Of a stretch of 64,000 bases of DNA, positions 57,136-64,000 are shown in pieces. The notes beneath the pieces are model-generated. The model was not told the origin of the DNA. It saw nothing but the letters and a program-made list of their open reading frames with translations, and made no database searches. The position numbers and the translations under genes are program-made. The DNA is from Alphaproteobacteria bacterium (GTDB lineage Bacteria; Pseudomonadota; Alphaproteobacteria; Rs-D84), in NCBI GenBank assembly GCA_017535105.1, contig JAFXUI010000001.1:80945-144944 (forward strand), read 5' to 3'. Position 1 is the first letter of the stretch. The number at the start of each line of letters is the position of its first letter.

Positions 57136-57447
57136 TTATTTCTTTTTCTTGTCGGGTAATTCGGGATAGATGGCGGGGAATAGGGCCGATAAAAATTCGC
57201 GGTTTTCAATATCGGGAATCATTATCATTGGACTTCCGCCCGGATATGGTATTTCCATTTGTGCGTTTGGAATCATTTTGCGCGCGGTGGCGGTTGGCTT
57301 TATCAGAAAACGATTGTCATAGATTCCACCAATAACACGTCCGCGATAGTAAATGATAAATTCGCCCATCATCGCACGATAGTCAATGTCCGGAATGTTG
57401 GACAATTGTTCCAAAACAAAATCTAAAAAATCTTTACTTGATGCCAT
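57136..57447 (-). CDS. TfoX N-terminal domain-like protein
   Basis: 103 aa; FLDFVLEQLSNIPDIDYRAMMGEFIIYYRGRVIGGIYDNRFLIK resembles TfoX_N (Sxy N-domain) pattern. Confidence 0.4.
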   Translation of the reverse strand: MASSKDFLDFVLEQLSNIPDIDYRAMMGEFIIYYRGRVIGGIYDNRFLIKPTATARKMIPNAQMEIPYPGGSPMIMIPDIENREFLSALFPAIYPELPDKKKK

Positions 57448-57452
57448 GGTGT

Positions 57453-57830
57453 TTACTTTGAACGGATTATCACATGCTTAAACCATTGTTCTTGGAACTT
57501 GGTTTGTTCTTCGATTTCTTTATCGGTTATATTTTTTTCATTATCTGGAACGACAACCAATTTGTCATCGTTATCGTCTGTGCGGTGTATTATCGCGCAT
57601 ACGCGACCGGTAAAAGTTTCCAGTGGTGATTTGGGTCCCAAAACATATGCATCTAATTCTTCGCCATCGCCAGATATGGTGTTTGGTATAAATCCATAAT
57701 TTACCAGATATGTGAAACCGTGCTTTGGATGTTTTGTGCCCAATGGTCGATCCATTTTAACAGTGACGGTTTTACCAAGAAAATCGATTGATTGTGTTTG
57801 TTTTGTCATTTTGAACCCCTGTTTATTCAA
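57453..57830 (-). CDS. Inorganic pyrophosphatase-like protein, N- and C-terminally truncated relative to family I PPases
   Basis: YLVNYGFIPNTISGDGEELDAYVLGPKSP...VCAIIHRTDDNDDKLVVVP aligns with E. coli Ppa [24 protein letters not shown]...DEAGEDAKLVAVP; lacks N-terminal E20/K29/R43 region. Confidence 0.55.
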   Translation of the reverse strand: MNKQGFKMTKQTQSIDFLGKTVTVKMDRPLGTKHPKHGFTYLVNYGFIPNTISGDGEELDAYVLGPKSPLETFTGRVCAIIHRTDDNDDKLVVVPDNEKNITDKEIEEQTKFQEQWFKHVIIRSK

Positions 57831-57868
57831 TTATAGTCGTTATTTTGGCGAATAAACAACTAAAAAAA

Positions 57869-57893
57869 CACCGGCATTTACCGGTGTTTTTTT
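57869..57893 (+). terminator. Bidirectional terminator (CCGGCATTTACCGG family)
   Basis: AAAAAAACACCGGCATTTACCGGTGTTTTTTTAT. Confidence 0.7.
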
Positions 57894-57927
57894 ATATTCT
57901 TTTGTTCGTTTTTTCGCAACAAATGAA

Positions 57928-58500
57928 TTACAGCCATTCGTCCGCCCATGTTTTCAATTCGTCTGCGGTTACATCAACTGGGAAACGCGCGCCATTTGGA
58001 ATTGATACATTCGGTGCTAATGGACGCATGTTTTCAGCCGCTTCGGCGGTTGATGGAGTGCTGCCGGACGTAGCAAATGGAATAATTGTTTTTCCAGTAA
58101 AGTCATAAGATGTTAAGAATGTATCAACAATTGATGGTTCGCGACCCCACCAAATTGGAAAACCCAAGAATATGGTGTCGTATTTCGATATGTCGTCAAT
58201 GGTGTTTGCGATAACTGGGCGTGAATCTTTATTGCCCATTTCAATCGAAGAACGGCTTTTGTCATTACGCCAGTTCAAGTCGTCATCGGTATAAAGTATT
58301 TCGGGTTGAATTTCGAATAAATCAGCGCCTGTTGCGGTTGCCAAACGTTCGGCAACCCCACGTGTGTTGCCAGTTGCACTGAAATACGCGACAAGTACAT
58401 TATTATTTGTCATTGTTTTTTCCTTTGCGTTAATGTGTGAAATTGCGAAAAGACCAGCAATAACAATAATCGCGGCGGCGATATAGATAAGTTTTTTCAT
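57928..58500 (-). CDS. Flavodoxin-family protein with N-terminal signal/anchor (exported flavodoxin-like)
   Basis: MKKLIYIAAAIIVIAGLFAISHINA then VLVAYFSATGNTRGVAE flavodoxin FMN-binding loop. Confidence 0.7.
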   Translation of the reverse strand: MKKLIYIAAAIIVIAGLFAISHINAKEKTMTNNNVLVAYFSATGNTRGVAERLATATGADLFEIQPEILYTDDDLNWRNDKSRSSIEMGNKDSRPVIANTIDDISKYDTIFLGFPIWWGREPSIVDTFLTSYDFTGKTIIPFATSGSTPSTAEAAENMRPLAPNVSIPNGARFPVDVTADELKTWADEWL

Positions 58501-58590
58501 GGGGGCTCCTTTTTGTTTTTACCTGTGTTTTATCGTATTGAATTTGATATGTTTTTGCAATAATATAATTGGCATACAAAGGAGTCAAAA

Positions 58591-58842
58591 ATGGCGAATA
58601 TATGTCAAAGTTGCGCAATGCCAATGGAAGACGAAAAACTGTACGGAACAAATGCGGACGGGTCGCAAAACCCAGATTATTGTATCTATTGCTATAAAAA
58701 TGGCGAATTTTTACAGAAAGCGACAATGGAAGAATATATCGAAATGATGGTTCCGTTTGCAGCCCAAGCAGGCATGACGGGCGACCAAATGCGCGAATAT
58801 TGTGCGGCGGTTTATCCAACACTGAAACGGTGGAAAAAATAG
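58591..58842 (+). CDS. Zinc-ribbon domain protein (83 aa)
   Basis: CQSCAMPM...CIYCYKNG two CxxC pairs. Confidence 0.5.
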   Translation: MANICQSCAMPMEDEKLYGTNADGSQNPDYCIYCYKNGEFLQKATMEEYIEMMVPFAAQAGMTGDQMREYCAAVYPTLKRWKK

Positions 58843-58958
58843 GGCGTGTATAATATTTTTTCAGATTGATATTTGGGGCTTTAATGCTTGAAAATCGGGA
58901 AAATATCGACTAACATACAGTACCACAAATAATACAAAAAAATGATTTTGGGGGAATA

Positions 58959-59813
58959 ATGCAAAAAAGTCCACGTGTGTCTGTTTTGACGCCAATTTAT
59001 AATACGAATCCGTCGCATTTATGCGAAATGGTTGAATCTATATTGAATCAGACGTTTACGGATTTTGAATTTTTGATTCTGAATGATTCACCAGACAATA
59101 AAGAGATTGAAAAAATTGTTTTGGGGTACGCGAAAAAAGATAAACGCGTTAAATATTTCAAAAATGACAAAAATATGGGTATTACACCATCGCGTAATAA
59201 ATTGCTTAAAATGGCGCGTGGGGAATATATCGCGATTTTTGATCATGATGATATTTCGGTGCCGAACCGTTTGAAGTTAGAGGTAGATTTTCTTGATAAA
59301 AACCCAAGTATTGGTGTTGTATCGGGCTTTATGCAGAATTTTGGTGCAAAAAACACAATTCGTACGACACCCGAATATGATGTAGATATAAAAATTGCAT
59401 TAACCGATAATTGTGTGTTTTGGCATACGGCGGCAATGATACGTAAATCGGTCTTGGTTGATAATGATATTGAATATGAAGAATATTACAGCCCGTGTGA
59501 AGATTATCGGTTGTTTTCACGTTTGATGAATGTAACGCTTTTTCATGCGTTGCAGACTGTGTTGGTTAATTATCGTATGTCTGAAAATCAAACGTCTGTG
59601 CGTCAAAAGGCGCGTATGAACATTATGCATCATACAATTCAGATGGATATTATTAATCGGTTTCCGGCATATCGCAAGGCGTGGTGTGATTCAGATGCAT
59701 ATACAACACGATTCAGATTACGTTTATTCGGAAAAATTCCATTGTTGAAAATTAAACACAATTGGGTTTTGTTGTTTGAATTTATCCCATTGTTCAAAAT
59801 TAAGTGGAAATAG
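58959..59813 (+). CDS. Glycosyltransferase family 2
   Basis: VSVLTPIYNTNPSHLCEMVESILNQTFTDFEFLILNDSPDN... GT-A DxD-type; GGGGGA RBS. Confidence 0.85.
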   Translation: MQKSPRVSVLTPIYNTNPSHLCEMVESILNQTFTDFEFLILNDSPDNKEIEKIVLGYAKKDKRVKYFKNDKNMGITPSRNKLLKMARGEYIAIFDHDDISVPNRLKLEVDFLDKNPSIGVVSGFMQNFGAKNTIRTTPEYDVDIKIALTDNCVFWHTAAMIRKSVLVDNDIEYEEYYSPCEDYRLFSRLMNVTLFHALQTVLVNYRMSENQTSVRQKARMNIMHHTIQMDIINRFPAYRKAWCDSDAYTTRFRLRLFGKIPLLKIKHNWVLLFEFIPLFKIKWK

Positions 59814-59815
59814 TA

Positions 59816-61060
59816 ATGACGGGTTTGACATATAACACATTAAAGTTATTGTGCGGGCTTATTCCAATAAGTGGATATCGTCGTCTTGCGCGCAGAAAAA
59901 TTCAATCGCGATATATAGCGCCCGAATATGCAAAATGGATTGATGATTTACATAATAACAAATCAAATTTTGTCCCGATTACCGATAAACCATTTAAAAG
60001 AAAATCAGATACGCCAAAAGTATTTGCATATTATTTAACACAATATCATGCGGTGCCAGAAAATGATGCTGCACACGGCAAGGGGTTCACAGAATGGACA
60101 AATGTTGCCGCGGCAACACCGCAATTTGTCGGACACTATCAACCGAAGATACCGTATGATTTGGGATTCTATAATTTGCTGGATATTAATGTTATGCGAC
60201 GCCAGGCCGAATTGGCAAAAATGTATGGCATTTATGGTTGGTGTTTTTATTTTTACTGGTTTTCTGGGAAACAAGTATTGGAAAAACCATTGTATAATTT
60301 TTTGGAATCAGATATAGATATGCATTTCCATTTGTGTTGGGCTAATGAGAATTGGTCAAAGTTGTGGGACGGTGGCAACAAAGAAGTTGTTTTGGAACAA
60401 AAGTTATCAGATGGTGATGCGGAAAAATTCTTTGCAGATATTTTGCCATTTATTCAAGACAAACGTTATGAAAAAATTGATAACAAACCAATATTGATGA
60501 TTTATCGTCCATCGTTGTTTGATTGTGATAAAATAAAATCGTTTTTGGATACGTTGGACAAGTTGGCGCGTGAAAATGGGTTTGATGGTTTTTGGTTTAT
60601 GGCAAGTAATGCGTTCAATTTTAATACCCCCATCGAATATGGTTTTCGTGGTATTATCGAATTCCCACCACATGGATTTGGTAAAAATGTAGATTTTGTA
60701 AAGTGTTTGTGTTTCCCGACAACAACTACATTTTCTGTGGTAAGCCTTTCTCGTTTTATCGGGGACAGGTTGTATATAACAAAACCAAATTACACAGTGT
60801 TTAAGACGGTGTTTCCATCGTGGGACAACACACCGCGCAAGGCTTATTCAAATGGCAAATGTTTCAATATATCTGGGCAAGAATATAAACAATGGTTGTC
60901 TGGGGTTATAAAATGGACCCGTGAAAACAACCCAGAAAATCAACAATACATTTATATCAATGCGTGGAACGAATGGGGCGAAGGCGCAATATTGGAACCA
61001 ACAACACGTTATGGATACAAAAATTTGGAATTAACCAAACAATGTTTAGAAGAAGAATAA
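59816..61060 (+). CDS. WbsX-family polysaccharide biosynthesis glycosyl hydrolase/transferase (Glyco_tran_WbsX)
   Basis: VFAYYLTQYHAVPENDAAHGKGFTEWTNV... family pattern; ORF track starts at GTG 59804. Confidence 0.65.
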   Translation: MTGLTYNTLKLLCGLIPISGYRRLARRKIQSRYIAPEYAKWIDDLHNNKSNFVPITDKPFKRKSDTPKVFAYYLTQYHAVPENDAAHGKGFTEWTNVAAATPQFVGHYQPKIPYDLGFYNLLDINVMRRQAELAKMYGIYGWCFYFYWFSGKQVLEKPLYNFLESDIDMHFHLCWANENWSKLWDGGNKEVVLEQKLSDGDAEKFFADILPFIQDKRYEKIDNKPILMIYRPSLFDCDKIKSFLDTLDKLARENGFDGFWFMASNAFNFNTPIEYGFRGIIEFPPHGFGKNVDFVKCLCFPTTTTFSVVSLSRFIGDRLYITKPNYTVFKTVFPSWDNTPRKAYSNGKCFNISGQEYKQWLSGVIKWTRENNPENQQYIYINAWNEWGEGAILEPTTRYGYKNLELTKQCLEEE

Positions 61061-61081
61061 TTAAAATTAGGCGGAGACAAT

Positions 61082-62176
61082 ATGATAAAGTTTTTAGATC
61101 TTGAAAAAATAAATAATCGTTTTCGTGACGAAATCGACGGGCGTATTGCAAATGTTTTAGATCGTGGGTGGTATTTACTGGGTGGCGAAAATGATAATTT
61201 TTGCGATCATTTTGCAGAATATGTTGGCACGAAATATTGTTTGGGTGTTGCGAATGGTCTGGACGCATTAACATTGATTATTAAAGCATATGATTTTGCG
61301 CCAGGGGACGAAATAATCGTTCCGGCAAATACATATATTGCGACAATTTTATCGATTTCTGAAAATGGTTTAACACCGGTGTTGGTTGAACCAGATATAA
61401 ACACATATAATATCGACCCAAAAAAGATAGAAGAAAAAATTACAGAACGCACGCGCGCAATAATGGTGGTGCATTTATATGGTCGCGCGGTTGAAATGAA
61501 AGAAATTTGGGATTTGGCAAAAAAATATAATCTGAAAGTGTTTGAAGATTGCGCCCAAGCGCATGGTGCAATTTATGATGGTCATCGGGTTGGCAATTTA
61601 AGTGATGCGGCCGCGTTTTCGTTTTATCCTGGTAAAAACCTTGGGGCGTTCGGTGATGCGGGTGCGATAACGACAAATGATGAAGATATTTATAAAAAAG
61701 TGAAAACATTGGCGAACTATGGTTCGGATAAAAAGTATCATTTTCAATATCGCGGTAAAAATAGCCGACTTGATGAAATACACGCAGCTGTTTTAGATGT
61801 AAAGTTGAAATATTTGGACGCCGACAATGAACGTCGTCGGGAAATTGCGCGGTACTATATTGAACATATAACAAATCCAAAAATCGTATTGCCCACGCTT
61901 AATGGTATGGACGAAAAATCGTGTGTTTGGCATGTGTTTCCGGTGCGTACTGAAAACCGCAACGCGTTTCAACAATATTTGACCGATAATGAAATTCAGA
62001 CAATCATTCATTATCCAATTGCGCCGCATAAGCAACCAGCGTATGCGGAATGGAATAATCTGTCATATCCAATTACCGAAGAAATTCACGATACGATAAT
62101 TTCGTTACCTATATCACCAGTAATGACTGATGAAGAGGTAAAAAAAGTAGTGGAGGTTGTAAATGCGTTCAATTAA
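61082..62176 (+). CDS. DegT/DnrJ/EryC1/StrS-family PLP-dependent sugar aminotransferase
   Basis: 364 aa; conserved fold motifs ([23 protein letters not shown]). Confidence 0.9.
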   Translation: MIKFLDLEKINNRFRDEIDGRIANVLDRGWYLLGGENDNFCDHFAEYVGTKYCLGVANGLDALTLIIKAYDFAPGDEIIVPANTYIATILSISENGLTPVLVEPDINTYNIDPKKIEEKITERTRAIMVVHLYGRAVEMKEIWDLAKKYNLKVFEDCAQAHGAIYDGHRVGNLSDAAAFSFYPGKNLGAFGDAGAITTNDEDIYKKVKTLANYGSDKKYHFQYRGKNSRLDEIHAAVLDVKLKYLDADNERRREIARYYIEHITNPKIVLPTLNGMDEKSCVWHVFPVRTENRNAFQQYLTDNEIQTIIHYPIAPHKQPAYAEWNNLSYPITEEIHDTIISLPISPVMTDEEVKKVVEVVNAFN

Positions 62177-63701
62177 CGAGATGTATTTTTCGCACCGTAT
62201 CAAAAACAATCAGCGTGCTTTCTTGCGTATGGAACGCGCGGTTGCGCGTGAACGCGATTTGGCGAAACGTTGCGTGTTGGCAAAACAGGCGGCTGATTTT
62301 GCCGTTATGCATACGACCGATATTTTTTCATCACCGATTGTCGAAGAACCATTTATAACATTGGCGCAAAAAATAAAAATTCCATTATCAAAAAAATACA
62401 CACCAAAAACCACATTGCATGTTATGACGGAATCTTATACCAGCGGTGGTCATACGCGTTGTGTGGAACGTTGGGCGCAACAAATGACAAAATATAAACA
62501 TTCGTGTGTGATTTTGCGCCAACATGCCGACATTCCAAAACAACTTGGGCAAATTATGCGTGATTCGGGTGGTGAATTGATAGTGTTTAATCCGAATGAA
62601 ACAATTGTGCAAAGCGCGATGCGTTTGCGGGAATTGGCATCAAAATATGAATAGATTGTTTTGCATATTCATATGAATGACCCAATCGCGTTGGTTGCAT
62701 TTGGCACAACCGAATTTACACGACCGGTAATATTCTTTAATCATGCTGATCACGCATTTTGGGTGGGTGTTTCAATATCGGACTGGGTTGCTGATTTGAA
62801 TTACAATCGTAATCAACTGACATTAAAAAGTCGTGGTACCAATCGGGCAAGTGTTTTGGGTATTCCGGCGGACAACACGAAATTGTTAAAAATCAGTAAA
62901 ACGGATGCGCGGAAAAAATTGGGATTGCCGTTGGATAAAAAAATTATATTTTCATCGGGTCAGCCGACCAAATATGATCCGCTTGGGCACCCTGATTTCT
63001 CAGACTTGATTCAAGATGTAATAAAGCAAGATAAAAACATTTTGTTCTATATCGCGGGCGCAAATAAAAATGCGATATTTTGGCCAAAAATGTTAAGGAA
63101 ATATCCAAACAATTTGTTTTTGACGGGTCGACTTGATTATGCAACCGAATATCCGATGTATTTGGCGGCATCTGATTTGGTCATAGACAGTTTTCCGGTT
63201 GGTGGTGAAACGGCGGTCATAGATGCTGTAAAGGCGGGGAAACCGGTGTTGACATCGAATCATTTATTCCAGGAAGATTTTTTGACCGAATCCATTGGTT
63301 CTTGTCATGATTACACAGAGTTATTAGAAAAAACTCATAAAATATCAAACGACAGGGCGTTTGCAAAAAAAGTATATCAAGATATATATTCGCGATTCAT
63401 TGATGCCACAGATACAAAAAAATGGACTGATCGGTGCAATAAAATTATCAGCAAACTGCCAAAACAACACAAGGTTTATAAAGTCAAATCTTGTGCCCCA
63501 ACAAAGGATATAACGGTTTATTCTTGGTCGACAACACGTTGGACGGAACCAATTGATAAAGTGTTTTCTTTATCCAGATTTCGTAAATGGCTGATATCGG
63601 TTCATTTAAGCCGACACAGCAGTTTAATACGTATTTGTGGAATATATCTTTTAAACAAACGGAGAAAAAATGAATACAACACCAAAAATTTTACAATTTG
63701 A
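62163..63701 (+). pseudogene. GT-B (GT4-like) glycosyltransferase interrupted by a single in-frame TAG at 62652-62654 (pseudogene or error)
   Basis: ORFs 62163..62654 and 62661..63701 are in the same frame separated by ...SKYE-TAG-IV-LHIHMNDP...; N-part and C-part (DSFPVGGETAVIDAVKAGKPVL) together form one GT-B enzyme. Confidence 0.55.
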
Positions 63702-64000
63702 TATTATGGGTGATGAACGCGGTTGGTTGTGTGTAGCAAATGGTGCAAAGCAGATACCATTTGATATAAAACGCGTATATTGGATATATGGAACTGAACC
63801 CGGGGTTGCACGTGGTAAACATGCGCATCATAAATTGTCGCAAGTTTTGGTTTGTGTTTCTGGGTCTGTTGATATTTATTGTGAATGGGGTGATAAATCA
63901 GAAACATTCACTTTATCAAATGCAAATACAGGTCTGTTGTTAAATGGTTTGTGTTGGCACGAAATGCGTAATTTTTCACCAGACGCTGTTTTGTTGGTAA
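63670..64000 (+). CDS. Cupin-type sugar 3,4-ketoisomerase (FdtA/WxcM-like), 5' part; runs off window
   Basis: GGAG RBS then MNTTPKILQFDIMGDERGWLCVANGAKQIPFDIKRVYWIYG...HAHHKL; typical FdtA start. Confidence 0.6.
   Translation, partial: MNTTPKILQFDIMGDERGWLCVANGAKQIPFDIKRVYWIYGTEPGVARGKHAHHKLSQVLVCVSGSVDIYCEWGDKSETFTLSNANTGLLLNGLCWHEMRNFSPDAVLLV

Overview
This 64-kb window reads as a densely coded chromosomal segment of about 40% GC, most likely from an alphaproteobacterium with a reduced, intracellular-type genome; this is inference from gene content (a cysteine-free alpha/mitochondrial-type L36, DUF374-lpxK, tlyA, VirB-type T4SS parts, many short REP-like palindromes).

**Core blocks.** pheS(5' part)-rplT-rpmI; a tightly packed mreC-mreD-mrdA-rodA-topA-dnaG operon; ychF; rpmJ; DUF374-lpxK-lpxC; gyrB; an HhH-GPD glycosylase plus ung; a sulfatase-family transferase with dgkA; a MacB-like ABC pair; tlyA; aspS; an AsmA-family protein; uvrB-tsaE; ftsQ-ftsA; lolC/E-lolD; and five tRNAs (fMet, Met/Ile2-CAT, Thr-GGT, Gly-TCC, Tyr-GTA).

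**Accessory content.**
- An orphan virB3-virB4 pair is co-transcribed with a secreted HExxH protein. It sits behind an AT-rich region carrying four TTGTTGAAAAA repeats, next to a divergent pair of paralogous small HTH regulators, a frameshifted LysR gene and a phage-type NT5C nucleotidase. All of this abuts tRNA-fMet, which has an att-like 13-bp duplicate of its 3' end nearby.
- An orphan T2SS / type IVb-pilus-like assembly cluster lies after lpxC: a bitopic GspL/BfpC-like protein, a PilP/GspC-like protein, a GspE-family ATPase and a GspF-family platform. No pilin, secretin or prepilin peptidase is nearby; a possible secretin-like lipoprotein sits 22 kb away, ahead of lolCDE.
- There are two large secreted Cys-rich proteins, and a GIY-YIG nuclease gene bracketed by inverted copies of a ~40-nt palindromic repeat family (at least 5 copies).
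- A low-GC islet follows tRNA-Gly/Tyr, which itself carries tRNA-fragment scars. The islet encodes a SemiSWEET, a TfoX_N-like protein, a truncated PPase-like protein, an exported flavodoxin and a Zn-ribbon protein.
- The 3' end holds an O-antigen/polysaccharide-type block: GT2, WbsX, DegT aminotransferase, a GT-B glycosyltransferase split by one in-frame TAG, and an FdtA-like isomerase.

**Oddities.** The ftsA-like ORF continues in frame into a complete ribulose-phosphate 3-epimerase domain, with no ftsZ present. Terminators share a stereotyped CCGGC-AWWT-GCCGG hairpin. Extended -10 promoters (TGnTATAAT) recur. Two tRNAs have C at position 55.

No rRNA, CRISPR array, transposase or integrase was seen.
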